A DNA stretch of 54,699 nucleotides from a virus (Duplodnaviria > Caudoviricetes). A program made the position numbers and the translations under genes. Below are positions 31,501 to 39,810 of this stretch, in pieces (position 1 is the first letter of the stretch; each line of letters opens with the position of its first letter). The DNA lies in IMG/VR virus record IMGVR_UViG_3300009124_000016, positions 1-54,699 of that record, one strand, 5' to 3'. The notes beneath the pieces were generated by a model that worked only from the letters and a program-made list of their open reading frames with translations, had not been told where the DNA came from and did not search any database.

Positions 31501-31720
31501 CAGTTTGGTTTAGTTGTGGATATCCACGAGGTTCTTTCTTTAGGTTGCTGATAAGAGTATCAGCATCTGCTTCACTTAGACGAACAAAAGATGAATATGT
31601 AGTACCATCCAGAGGAGACTGACCACCAATTAGTTTCCACTTCAATCTTGTCCAGGTGTTGTCACCAATCTTACCCTTATACCATGGTTGTTGTGGATCT
31701 AAAAATTGTTCTGGATTCAT
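28547..31720 (-). CDS. Tape-measure/hub-like virion protein with an M23 peptidase domain
   Basis: Coiled coil, Gly/Ala-rich hydrophobic segment, M23 motifs HLGID, KYLH, THLHFE, VNP. Confidence 0.75.
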   Translation of the reverse strand: MNPEQFLDPQQPWYKGKIGDNTWTRLKWKLIGGQSPLDGTTYSSFVRLSEADADTLISNLKKEPRGYPQLNQTGAQAGYENLEAYQKWLVDEYLEKPFREQTNRKIQEAEDEARLRELRDKVLKKKTTPVAVEETAPDEKEVKAQVQAATEVLEDVQQENQKAISADMFDDLPEGVRESLIKTVNRRTDANLPLPEKQKKESFSNKRILTFLNSNVGRIQSQLSTIDKRLQEQNELLRTSLGITMATYQGIANQDEALEAKFDAILAALDAQQQAAKDQLDAMEDEAAKNKLDDRRDGSGTSGFDDLSGGGGGLGIPMGLLRRLGKFLGRRLLRPLLRRLIPRALRAKARFARMAGKRLLSRVAPRAIANRAATSIVRRALPRVAQSAAASAATNPRAYAAGFEHIALPGVTRAITGNLDDAGNFLIKNPMARSLVTATMGPLAPAVLDHVVKPKSGLKIFQAALTHPRVQKAIITRGGQELLEKVIGKGIVKVGGNAVPSGIGQAVNVGYGLVEGITRAALGDPKGAALSLGGAIPFIGAGFSVIDIFRDIDIDAYTKHIEPNLGAVIQGDGKPMQAFFNEIVGEELQYEYGTRDAAAGKAELHGAEWVGTKKEYDKMVDSPFSDIGSSLIVSTSSFINGLGPAGSNVSRELRSDLSRLADVFGVSPTMVGTNVGGSFPNVEQKVKSIKDDGSEAGLSSSQKSILNSKSNFGKRLAEFFKDKLEVLSKIINTGGTQSPLSVVDYYTGEIDGDTFMPLASSSAVAGQQPGQEYGNTTARGGRKHLGIDVTENSLADTRAPIVAYKTGRVTEASNSGGGPGGVVHIDHGDGTETKYLHVIPRAGLKAGDEVYGGQHIGNLFRYFDGTTEQTHLHFEAYADGKLVNPTRFLSEAKNRVPAPLSDADAKSKHEELVNQPNGQSGTPMGFGKVGANEYYYLNGKYFQRKDGNATEISEATYNAIRKNHPSGFGLEQNKKYTLPSSGEVKLMSNLQPPQQREQQVANADLVSFDVDEGEQQSQQIILLNNMVAAAVPVNFAQPVFSVGEPKANIEMQRLSLT

Positions 31721-31890
31721 CGCCTACTAGCTGCTTTTGCTGCTTCCTGTTTTTGTTTTTCCTCTTCAATATACTGTAATAGTAACGACGTGTAAACTTC
31801 ACGTTCCCACGGCATGAGGTTTTCTACCTCAGTCAAAGAGTATTTATGGTACTGCATCAAAGCAAAGTTAGTTTTATAGTACCCCTCCAA
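31717..31890 (-). CDS. gp51: gp51-like baseplate hub assembly protein (small, not in the ORF track; possibly made by -1 frameshift from gp26)
   Basis: LEGYYKTNFALMQYHKYSLTEVENLMPWEREVYTSLLLQYIEEE, the cyanophage gp51-like motif. ATGA overlap with the next gene. Confidence 0.8.
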   Translation of the reverse strand: MEGYYKTNFALMQYHKYSLTEVENLMPWEREVYTSLLLQYIEEEKQKQEAAKAASRR

Positions 31891-31920
31891 ACTATTTTGG
31901 AAGAGTGCTATCCGAAAAAA
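31881..31920 (-). other. Putative programmed -1 ribosomal frameshift signal
   Basis: T TTT TTC heptamer (31920-31914), 7-nt spacer, hairpin ACTCTTCCAAA-ATAG-TTTGGAGGGGT. The -1 frame is open into gp51. Confidence 0.65.
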
Positions 31921-32621
31921 TTCTGTAGACCCTCAATTGTGTATTTATTGGGGACGCCTGTATTGGGGTTCACAACCTCAAATGTGTGAGACAGTTTGGG
32001 CATAGTCTCATAGAACTTTTGGATTGCCTCGAACTGCTTAACAGTCAGACCTTCAATCCATTCACGCATCTCCTTCTTAGTTGATGTAGAAGAATCATAA
32101 ACTTCTTCACCATAGAAGATCTGGTCAATATGGTCTGCAATGAAATTGAAGACCTCTTCTGTTTTGATATCCTTGTTCAGGAATTCTGCTTCAATAAATC
32201 TATCCATTGAAGGATACTTCATCAGAATACCAGTGTCATCTGTGAGCATAATCTTGTTCGTATGCTCAGGATCTTTGATGACCTCAACTTCATTGATGTC
32301 AATCTTAGCATCAACTCTAGTCTTTTCATCATCACGGCAAAGGATTTTCATCGTAATGATCTCTCCAACCGCTGCTGCTCTGATCCTGAGGAATAGATAC
32401 TCAAGATCAAATGTTGGCAGTTCATTTACTTTGATCCTGCTTATGACACAACTCTTGATAAGATCTTTTACAGCAGAAGCAATCTGTGCTTCGTCTTCCG
32501 ATTCTAATGCTAGTAATAGAACTTTCTCTTCTTTTACAAGAAATGGTCTATATTTTACAGTCTTTCCAGTAGAAGGTAGTTCCAACTCGTAAGTAGGAAT
32601 ACCGATTTTAGGTAATGCCAT
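31908..32621 (-). CDS. gp26: Baseplate hub subunit gp26-like
   Basis: MALPK..PTYELELPSTG...YRPFLVKEEK.LL, FDLEYLFL.IRA, C-terminal GLQNFF. Confidence 0.9.
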   Translation of the reverse strand: MALPKIGIPTYELELPSTGKTVKYRPFLVKEEKVLLLALESEDEAQIASAVKDLIKSCVISRIKVNELPTFDLEYLFLRIRAAAVGEIITMKILCRDDEKTRVDAKIDINEVEVIKDPEHTNKIMLTDDTGILMKYPSMDRFIEAEFLNKDIKTEEVFNFIADHIDQIFYGEEVYDSSTSTKKEMREWIEGLTVKQFEAIQKFYETMPKLSHTFEVVNPNTGVPNKYTIEGLQNFFG

Positions 32622-32649
32622 GAAAATTTAATTCAAATCGTAATAGTAT

Positions 32650-33363
32650 TTATCCTTGGAATTTAGCGATCTCGTTGTATACGACTGTATGCTTAGCGTA
32701 GTAGAAATTCACAGATACTCTTGTAATCTGAGATGAACCATATGCAAGAGGAACACTGTCGATAGAATATGGATAACAATCTTCTAACAGATACATCATA
32801 CTAGGTCTTCCGTTAGGAGCGTTAATACTTCGCTCAGTCTTAACAATTTTCATTGTTCCCATATAAGATTCGGGATAGTTCAATCGAACGTTTCTATTTC
32901 TGTTTTTTGGTGTTCCTAGTTCGTTTTTGAATTTTGATAACTTTCTAGTAAATTTATTTACAGGACTATCATTTTCTTCCGTAGTATTTGCGCTGTAAAT
33001 GTATGAATACCAACTATTAAAGAACTTGAGTGGGATCATATTTCCATCACACATCCAGGTCAAACTTAGATCCGAATACATTTTGGTGTGTGCATAATTA
33101 AATTGACTTTCGCCTAAGTATCTACCAGTAACTGTACCAGTAGCAGACTGTACGTTTGGAAGTTGCGCCTCATCACACATTAGAGTAAGCAACTTTGATC
33201 TATCAGTAGGACTGCTATTACTGAAGTCTACTTTAGTTTCTAGTTTGATCCTGTCTGCCAAATCTGGTTGCAAGGCGAATTCTACGTCATATCCATTACT
33301 AAGGGATACGCCGCCTTGTTCGTTGATTGCTTCGATGAAGTCTCTTATTGATCTTGATGCCAC
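32650..33363 (-). CDS. Baseplate-tail tube junction (gp54-like, tail tube fold)
   Basis: CDEAQLP, FFNSW, YPESY, LEDCYPYSIDSVPLAY..VSVNFYY tube-family motifs. Probable GTG start at 33363. Confidence 0.7.
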   Translation of the reverse strand: MASRSIRDFIEAINEQGGVSLSNGYDVEFALQPDLADRIKLETKVDFSNSSPTDRSKLLTLMCDEAQLPNVQSATGTVTGRYLGESQFNYAHTKMYSDLSLTWMCDGNMIPLKFFNSWYSYIYSANTTEENDSPVNKFTRKLSKFKNELGTPKNRNRNVRLNYPESYMGTMKIVKTERSINAPNGRPSMMYLLEDCYPYSIDSVPLAYGSSQITRVSVNFYYAKHTVVYNEIAKFQG

Positions 33364-33397
33364 TCTAAATAAAAGATATGGTTTATTTTTATTTATG
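33364..33397. promoter_or_regulatory. Divergent late-promoter-like elements
   Basis: CTAAATA on + before gp4 and CATAAATA on - before the gp54-like gene, in a 31-nt gap. Confidence 0.5.
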
Positions 33398-33832
33398 GCA
33401 TATTCTGGAAACTTCAAACCAAAAAACCCACAGAAGTACAAAGGTGACCATAATAACATCATTTACAGGTCAATGTGGGAAAAGAAGTTTATGATTTTCT
33501 GTGATCTGAATTCTACAATCGTTGAATGGGGATCTGAAGAGATAATTATCCCCTATCGTTGTCCTACGGATGGAAAGGTTCATCGTTACTACCCCGATTT
33601 TTATATCAAGGTAGTAAACAAAGCAGGTCAAAAGAAGAAGTACCTGATTGAAGTGAAACCAAAGAAGCAAACTATACCCCCGAATGAAAAACCAAAGAAA
33701 AAGACTGCAACTTGGAAACGGGAAGTCCTTACGTTTATGAAAAATAATGCTAAGTGGGAAGCAGCGAAAGACTTCTGTGAAGATAGACAAATGAATTTTT
33801 TAATTCTTACAGAAGACCACTTAGGAGTGTAA
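33395..33832 (+). CDS. gp4: Head completion protein gp4
   Basis: MAYSG.FKPKNP.KYKGD...IIYRS.WE, WGSEE...PY, HRYYPDF, IEVKP, N.AKWEAA, LTE.HL. Confidence 0.95.
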   Translation: MAYSGNFKPKNPQKYKGDHNNIIYRSMWEKKFMIFCDLNSTIVEWGSEEIIIPYRCPTDGKVHRYYPDFYIKVVNKAGQKKKYLIEVKPKKQTIPPNEKPKKKTATWKREVLTFMKNNAKWEAAKDFCEDRQMNFLILTEDHLGV

Positions 33833-33836
33833 TCCA

Positions 33837-34439
33837 ATGGCTAAGAAGACATTCAAAGCTCGTGGTTTTGCCGACACCACAGCAACTACTTCTTATGTAA
33901 CCTTATTTGACAAACTAAAGAAATCTGCGGGTGGATCAAAGAAAAGTTCCGCATGGTTTCAAAGAACTATTAAAGAATATGCATCAGAATACAAAGTAGA
34001 AGAAGGAGATATACAGGAGAATGTTTTACTCAAAGACCCGCTAGTAGGACATCTCTACATGTTTGAGTATAAAGCAAAAATGCGCTATTTGCCATACTAT
34101 GACAAGTTTCCTTTAGCGTATGTAATTAAAGATACTGCAGAATATTTTTGGGCAGCAAACTTACATTATATCGAACCTAAAAAAAGACTAAAGATCGTGA
34201 CAGATCTAGCAAAGAACAAAATTAGCATTCCGAAGAAATGCGTTAATAAATACCTAAAAGATCATGTGCAAAGTTACTATCTAAAATTAAGTGAAAAGGA
34301 ATGGGATACTTCGATTTTCATACCTGTGGAAAACTTTGTAAACTACAGACAAGTGCCCTACGATAGTGAACTTGTTTGGAAAGAAACAAATGATGACTAC
34401 TACAACATGCTGAAAGGATCCCGCAAGGTAGAAAATTAA
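33837..34439 (+). CDS. gp2: DNA end protector protein gp2
   Basis: G.LYMF.Y.AK...LPYYDKFPL, NLHY motifs. Follows gp4. Confidence 0.85.
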   Translation: MAKKTFKARGFADTTATTSYVTLFDKLKKSAGGSKKSSAWFQRTIKEYASEYKVEEGDIQENVLLKDPLVGHLYMFEYKAKMRYLPYYDKFPLAYVIKDTAEYFWAANLHYIEPKKRLKIVTDLAKNKISIPKKCVNKYLKDHVQSYYLKLSEKEWDTSIFIPVENFVNYRQVPYDSELVWKETNDDYYNMLKGSRKVEN

Positions 34440-35611
34440 TGGCACAACAATATAAAAAAGGAGATTATTACAAAGTTGATCGTAAATACTATGTTTACAA
34501 TGGGACCAACTTTATAAACAGAGGGCAGAATAGTGGTCGTGCTACTGGTAAAGTAGTACAACCACCTTCGGCGGCAGCTCCTGCAGGATCTCCCACTGCA
34601 AGTCCTGCTAGTGGTGCTGGTAAAAATAAGGATGGTAAGGCAACTATTGTTATCAGAAATCCTAGCATCAATGCTTCTTCTTTCAAAGCAGGAAATGCTT
34701 ACAAAGCAGGGGCACAGTCTGATACTTTAAGATATCCTAGAGATCCTGGCATCAATTCTACATCAGACTATGTTATGTTTGAATTCTTTAACTATGCTCC
34801 TCCTTTTGGAAGAAACAGTAGCAGAGCTCAAGATACAGTAAAATATACTCAAGTATCAGGTTACCCTGGTTATAGTGACTACATGCAAAGTCAGGAAAGA
34901 TCTTGGGCATCTCCTGCAAAAATGGGTCCTATTATGATGTATATGCCCGAAGATCTTGGTGATCAAATGGGTGCTGACTGGGGTGGTGCTGGATTTGGTG
35001 CTACAGCAGCAGGTCTTATGAATGTTGCAGGAACAAAAACAGATAAATTTACTCTTGGAGGTTTTGCATCTGCTATACCAGGAGTTGTAAAAACTGGAAC
35101 ATTTGAGGCAATAAGAAAGGGTCTTAATGCAGCAACAGGAAGTAATATCAGTCAAAATCAACTTTTAGGCGGAGTTACTGGAACTGTAATCAATCCTAAT
35201 GTTGAAATGATGTATGATGCTCCAAAACTAAGAACTTGGTCGTTGAAGTTCAAGATGGTAGCAAGAAGTGCTACCGAATCTAAAGAAATTAGAGCAATCT
35301 GTCAAAGGTTTAAAAAAGCACTGCTGCCAACATATGGTGGTCAAGCATTAGGAGGAACTTTGCAAGCAAGCAACTTGCTAACAATTCCTCCTCTATGTCA
35401 AGTTACATATATGAACGGAAACAACGTTCACGAGTATCTTCCAAGATATAAATTGGCAGCACTCACAGACGTTGATATTAGTTATACTCCTGATGGTGCA
35501 TATGCTACATACGTTGATGGAGCACCAGTAGCAACAGAAATTTCAGTTAATTTCGCAGAAACAAAACTAATCTTTGAACACGAAGTTCTAGAAAACGGGA
35601 AGGCATACTAA
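34439..35611 (+). CDS. gp48: Baseplate tail tube cap gp48
   Basis: LRYP..DYVMF, YMP, NPNVEMMY.AP.LR, YTPDG.YATY.DG.PV, F.ETK motifs. Confidence 0.85.
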   Translation: MAQQYKKGDYYKVDRKYYVYNGTNFINRGQNSGRATGKVVQPPSAAAPAGSPTASPASGAGKNKDGKATIVIRNPSINASSFKAGNAYKAGAQSDTLRYPRDPGINSTSDYVMFEFFNYAPPFGRNSSRAQDTVKYTQVSGYPGYSDYMQSQERSWASPAKMGPIMMYMPEDLGDQMGADWGGAGFGATAAGLMNVAGTKTDKFTLGGFASAIPGVVKTGTFEAIRKGLNAATGSNISQNQLLGGVTGTVINPNVEMMYDAPKLRTWSLKFKMVARSATESKEIRAICQRFKKALLPTYGGQALGGTLQASNLLTIPPLCQVTYMNGNNVHEYLPRYKLAALTDVDISYTPDGAYATYVDGAPVATEISVNFAETKLIFEHEVLENGKAY

Positions 35612-36261
35612 TGTATTTCAGAAATATTCCAGATATAGAATACGACGTAAAACCGATTTCTTATCCTTTTACGGAATCGGAGTTTGTCGTAGCAAAGAAC
35701 TTTTTCAGACGTTTTCGTGTAAATGAAGAAGCGTTCTCATATGCAGTATTTTTTAACAAATACTCAATTGAAGAAGGAGAGCGCCCTGACACTATTGCTC
35801 AAAAAGCATATGGAGACCAATTTTTGGATTGGGTCGTTATTTTAACAAATAACCTAATTAATCCACTGTTTGACTGGCCACTGTCAAACTACGAATTAGA
35901 AAAAACCCTTAATTTCAAGTATGATGACCCATATGGCACAATTCATCATTACGAAACATATGAAATCAAGAATGATGCTGGATATATCGTTCTTCCTGCA
36001 GGACTGCGTGTAGATGAAACTTTCTACAATGGCACTTTCAAGTATTACAACAATGGACTAGTTGCAGAAGTAACTGGCAGTTCTGTTTGTCGTGCAAGAA
36101 CTGTTGCTGATTGGTTCAGTGAAGAAAACGAGAAAAAACGCGAAATCTACATTTTAAAGGCAGAATACTTACAGTCCTTTATCAAGGATTTCAAGAATAG
36201 GAACAAATATAAGAAATCTGGCGATTACATCAATAATACGCTAAAGAAGACTTCAGCATAA
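35611..36261 (+). CDS. gp53: Baseplate wedge protein gp53
   Basis: MYF..IPDIEY, KNFFRR, GERPD.IA...YGD..LDWVVILTN, HHYET, NEKKR.I.ILK. Confidence 0.92.
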   Translation: MYFRNIPDIEYDVKPISYPFTESEFVVAKNFFRRFRVNEEAFSYAVFFNKYSIEEGERPDTIAQKAYGDQFLDWVVILTNNLINPLFDWPLSNYELEKTLNFKYDDPYGTIHHYETYEIKNDAGYIVLPAGLRVDETFYNGTFKYYNNGLVAEVTGSSVCRARTVADWFSEENEKKREIYILKAEYLQSFIKDFKNRNKYKKSGDYINNTLKKTSA

Positions 36262-36264
36262 CAT

Positions 36265-36289
36265 AAAAAAAGGGGGTCTATGACCCCCT
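36265..36289. terminator. Rho-independent terminator between convergent operons
   Basis: AGGGGGTC-TAT-GACCCCCT hairpin with an A-tract on the left and a T-tract shortly after on the right. Confidence 0.8.
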
Positions 36290-36344
36290 CGACTTTTTTA
36301 GCGATTTTTTAGCGGAGAAAATTTTTCCCGATTTATGGAATTCA
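36290..36344. repeat. Dispersed intergenic A/T-tract element, copy A
   Basis: CGACTTTTTT..GCGG.GAAA.TTTTTCCC..ATG.AAT, similar to 46089-46142. Confidence 0.55.
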
Positions 36345-36527
36345 ATAGTCGATTTTCCTACACGTATCAGGGTTCTTCTTCAAGAACTTGTAAACATAAC
36401 TATCTACATCAACACTCATAGTATGATGTGCATGTAAGTGTAACCCCTGAATGATACTCAGAAACACAACAATCAAAAGATTGAATTGTGTCACTGGGTG
36501 AAGTAAAACCTTCAGAAACTTCATCAC
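36342..36527 (-). CDS. Small hypothetical membrane protein
   Basis: Hydrophobic helix. ATGA coupling to gp32. Confidence 0.6.
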   Translation of the reverse strand: MMKFLKVLLHPVTQFNLLIVVFLSIIQGLHLHAHHTMSVDVDSYVYKFLKKNPDTCRKIDY

Positions 36528-37429
36528 TCTTCAGCGAGACGTGCAAAGTAGGACAGGGCATCGTCATCATCAACGACAGGAGCAGGAGAGCTCATCTTCT
36601 CGCGGAAAGCGGAGGGAGCAGAAGGAGTGATGTCAGGTGCATTGAAACCTTCACTCTCATCCTCATAGGTCTCAGGGTCAACACGACGTGCTGCTGGTTG
36701 AGACATGCCCAGAACGAGGTTCAGACGGTTCTCAAGTTCCTCATAGGTCTTGAACTGGTCTCCAGCAGTGAATGCTTCCAGCGAGTGCTGTTGCTTCCAG
36801 ACTGCTTCAAGTTCATCGTCGTCTGCACTGACAGCGGAGACGTTATCGAACTCGGAACTATCGTAGTTCCAGTAACCTGCAACAGTCTTGATCTTCAGTT
36901 TGAAGTTAGCACCTTCCCAGAAGTCGAAGACGTTGACAGGAGTTTCATCCTGAAACTCGGGTTGCATGGCAGCAATGATCTTATCATGGATCTTCTTGCC
37001 ATACTTGTACAAGAACACCTTACCTTCGTTCTCAGGATGCTTAGGATCCTTCACGACCAGGATGTTGCTGTAGTAAGAGAGCTTACGCTTCTGCTTACGT
37101 GCAGTCTCCTTGTCAGCATCACTGCCGCTGTTCCAGAGACGACGGTTGACCTCACCAAGAGGGTCTTTGCCACCGTTGGTAGTCAGGGAGTTCTCGATGT
37201 ACCAACCGCCAGGACCTTGGAAGGCGTGGGAGTACAGTTTTGCCCAGGGAAGGCTTTCGCCATCAGGTGCGGGGAGGAAACGGATAACTGAATACCCGTT
37301 GCCAGAAGCGTCAAGTTCGGGCTTCCAGAAACGATCGTCGGCATTGGAGTTGCTGCTGGACTTTTCCAGTTCCTTTTGCAGGAACGAGAAGTTGTTCTGG
37401 GACTTGCGCTTAAGATCTGCGAATGACAT
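36524..37429 (-). CDS. gp32: Single-stranded DNA-binding protein gp32
   Basis: DDRFWKP, GNGY.VIRFLP, GGWYIEN.LTT, GKKI.DKI, FDFWEGANFKLK, acidic tail. Confidence 0.97.
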   Translation of the reverse strand: MSFADLKRKSQNNFSFLQKELEKSSSNSNADDRFWKPELDASGNGYSVIRFLPAPDGESLPWAKLYSHAFQGPGGWYIENSLTTNGGKDPLGEVNRRLWNSGSDADKETARKQKRKLSYYSNILVVKDPKHPENEGKVFLYKYGKKIHDKIIAAMQPEFQDETPVNVFDFWEGANFKLKIKTVAGYWNYDSSEFDNVSAVSADDDELEAVWKQQHSLEAFTAGDQFKTYEELENRLNLVLGMSQPAARRVDPETYEDESEGFNAPDITPSAPSAFREKMSSPAPVVDDDDALSYFARLAEE

Positions 37430-37518
37430 TCGGATTACCTCGGATTAGTTTGGATTTGGTTTAAGTGTTGGTCTTACGGTGCGAACCAGTCTCCCAGTCC
37501 CGTCCTGCCAACGAAGTT

Positions 37519-37548
37519 ATTATAACAGAGTGGTAGCAGGGGCGTCAA
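37519..37548 (-). promoter_or_regulatory. Sigma70-type promoter for gp32
   Basis: TTGACG-N18-TATAAT with extended -10 (TGtTATAAT). Confidence 0.7.
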
Positions 37549-37889
37549 CCCTCTGTGCCACTTTCCAATTGTCTTTTCATGGTCTCAACCTTCTTCAGAA
37601 GGTCATCAAACATTTCAGGAATGCTGTCGTCTGGTGTAGCACCTAGCATGACTGCTGCATCTCTCATGCTTTCTGCCATTGCTTTTGCTTCTAGATCATC
37701 ACTGAGTGACAATCTACCATAGAAAATCTTTTGTTTCTCAATGAGAAGTTCTAACTTCTCAAAGTAGTCCATCTTTTTTTCAGGAGGAAGAACAGGGAAC
37801 GCCATCATGGATCTCATACAGAATTCCTGTAGTTCCATCATCTCCTGAATAGTACCACGTACTAGTTCTGATTGAAAAAAGTCACTCAT
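37545..37889 (-). CDS. DUF1825-like cyanophage protein
   Basis: FFQSE.V....EM..LQ, RL.LSDD..A motifs. Usual position between gp33 and gp32. Confidence 0.7.
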   Translation of the reverse strand: MSDFFQSELVRGTIQEMMELQEFCMRSMMAFPVLPPEKKMDYFEKLELLIEKQKIFYGRLSLSDDLEAKAMAESMRDAAVMLGATPDDSIPEMFDDLLKKVETMKRQLESGTEG

Positions 37890-37891
37890 GG

Positions 37892-38137
37892 TTATACAAG
37901 CATTAGTTTTGCTCTAGAAGTTTTCTTGATAAAGTTTAGTTTTTGAGCATCATACTTCAACTTTTCTTTCAATGGTTTTGAAATAAGTTTGGGTACTTTC
38001 TCCAATTCAATTTCATTAATTTCACAGTAATGAATGATAGCATCGATGTAGTTCATCGCATTATCGTATGCAATTTTCTCCACGTCCTGCGAAAATCTCG
38101 CAGATGTCATAAATTTATCCTCCAGAATGTCTTTCAT
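37892..38137 (-). CDS. gp33: Late transcription coactivator gp33
   Basis: YIDAI.HYCE.N.IE.E.V.KLISKPLKEK....A..LN. Confidence 0.9.
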   Translation of the reverse strand: MKDILEDKFMTSARFSQDVEKIAYDNAMNYIDAIIHYCEINEIELEKVPKLISKPLKEKLKYDAQKLNFIKKTSRAKLMLV

Positions 38138-38810
38138 TTTTTTCTTTATACTCCGCTATGTACTCTTGCAGTCTTACCAAGTATTCTTTTTTAGGAGGAA
38201 CAGAACTAACTTGAACATCACCATTCTCACAGACAAGAATGGTGATTAATTTTTTGACAGAAATCCCGTACAATTCTTGCAACATGCAAGCGTATCCTGT
38301 CTCTTGCACGTAGTAATCGTAAAGATGTTCCTCTTTCTTTGGTTTAGCAGCGGTTTTGAAATCAATTACGGCGAGTTCGTTATTATATTCAGCAATACAA
38401 TCAACTCGACCAGCAAGTCCCAAGTAATCAGAATAGAGTGCTGCTTCCTGTAGATATACTTTATTTATATTGTCAAGAGTAGACCTCGCGGAGTGAAACA
38501 TTGCCACAGGGAGAGGTTGATCCTTGTATTTGTCTAGGTCTAGAACATTATTAATGTAGTCTTCCGTAAGAAGGTGAAACCTTGTACCTCTAGAAGCGGA
38601 CCTAGTTGTGATTGCTTGCGCTTTATCTTTTCCAACCCTGTTTCTCCACCGTGCAAGTCCCGCTTGCTTGCGAGAGTTATTACTGATCACTGTTGTGATC
38701 GACGGATACTTTCCACCGCTAGGAGTGACATAGTATCTCCTCCCATCGATATTCTTTGTTTTCATATCAATGGGATCCTTAATCACATCCACATGATCAA
38801 ATAATTTCAT
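38115..38810 (-). CDS. Exonuclease (PD-(D/E)xK family)
   Basis: R.Y.TPSG..YPSITTV, RGT.FH, AGRVDCIAEY..ELAVIDFKT, Q..GYA. Confidence 0.9.
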   Translation of the reverse strand: MKLFDHVDVIKDPIDMKTKNIDGRRYYVTPSGGKYPSITTVISNNSRKQAGLARWRNRVGKDKAQAITTRSASRGTRFHLLTEDYINNVLDLDKYKDQPLPVAMFHSARSTLDNINKVYLQEAALYSDYLGLAGRVDCIAEYNNELAVIDFKTAAKPKKEEHLYDYYVQETGYACMLQELYGISVKKLITILVCENGDVQVSSVPPKKEYLVRLQEYIAEYKEKNERHSGG

Positions 38811-39562
38811 TACATTCCCAAGTTAAGTTTACTAATCAGATAAGATTTGACCAGACCAGATCGAACAATATCTTCGATGCCAAATTCAATCAAAGAAAAC
38901 TCCTCCATGTTCTGAAGAATTTTCTGGAACTCTAGGATGCCAGTCTTTTCGTTACTCTTTTGAAGGTCAGACTGACGAGCATCACCACAGAACATGATCT
39001 TTGTATCCTGTCCCACACGGGTCATAATACTATCAAGTTCGTGGAAGTTCAGGTTTTGGCACTCATCAACAATAACAATAGCATTGTCAAGTGTAGTACC
39101 ACGCAAGAATGAAGTTGACCAGAACGATACCGTCTCCTGTGCTTTGAGATTCTCGTAAAGCATATCAAACGATGCTTGATCTGGCATTTCAAACATGTAC
39201 TTCACCATATTCTTGTATGGAATTTGGTAAATGTCTGCTTTATCTTCGTGAGTGCCAGGAAGGAAACCGATCTCTCTAGTTGCTACCAGAGATCTCACAA
39301 CATAAACCTTTTCATATGAAGTGTTCTCATCAAGAACATCTTTAAGTGCAAGGTACAAAGCAACAAATGTTTTACCTGTACCAGCACAACCATAAGCAAA
39401 AAGGTTTTGACCTCTTCCATACTCGTTAAACATTACTGTTTGACTTTCTGTAAGAGCTTCTACATCAAGCAAATAATTTGTATTGATAGGTTTCTTTCTT
39501 TTCATTTGCTTCGTTGACATACCGTTGATGTCAGGATTGGACTTCTTTCTTGCTCTAGGCAT
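38810..39562 (-). CDS. phoH: PhoH-like ATPase
   Basis: GCAGTGKT, GFLPG, SFLRG.T, DECQN, TRVG, GD..QSDL, IVRSGLV. Confidence 0.97.
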   Translation of the reverse strand: MPRARKKSNPDINGMSTKQMKRKKPINTNYLLDVEALTESQTVMFNEYGRGQNLFAYGCAGTGKTFVALYLALKDVLDENTSYEKVYVVRSLVATREIGFLPGTHEDKADIYQIPYKNMVKYMFEMPDQASFDMLYENLKAQETVSFWSTSFLRGTTLDNAIVIVDECQNLNFHELDSIMTRVGQDTKIMFCGDARQSDLQKSNEKTGILEFQKILQNMEEFSLIEFGIEDIVRSGLVKSYLISKLNLGM

Positions 39563-39570
39563 ATTTTAAA

Positions 39571-39810
39571 TCACCATTGAATGTTTGAACCAGGAACTTT
39601 GGATGCGCGGGTCATGATGTCCGACCATCCAGGATGGGTCTTACCCATTTTGTTGCGCCAATCACCTACTTCACCGACGCCTGCAACTCCTGCTTGCCAG
39701 TCTTTATCCCAATCAGGATTAGTAAGACGCCACTGATCATACTCTCGCATGGTCATGGAGAGTTCTTTTTTCTCTCCCGTCTTTTTATTAATTACTGGAT
39801 ACGTCGGCAT
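39571..39810 (-). CDS. Conserved small protein (FmdB-like N-terminus)
   Basis: MPTYPV.N..TGE motif, the type usually found upstream of phoH in cyanophages. Confidence 0.7.
   Translation of the reverse strand: MPTYPVINKKTGEKKELSMTMREYDQWRLTNPDWDKDWQAGVAGVGEVGDWRNKMGKTHPGWSDIMTRASKVPGSNIQW

Noticed and set aside
36488-37448. Long antisense ORFs opposite gp32 (and similar ones opposite psbA, psbD and the structural genes)
   Set aside because: These are shadow ORFs from codon bias of the real genes, with no motifs or translation signals.
38115-38810. Cas4/CRISPR association of the exonuclease
   Set aside because: It lacks the four-Cys Fe-S pattern, I saw no repeat-spacer array in the window, and it sits in the standard phoH-exonuclease-gp33 context.
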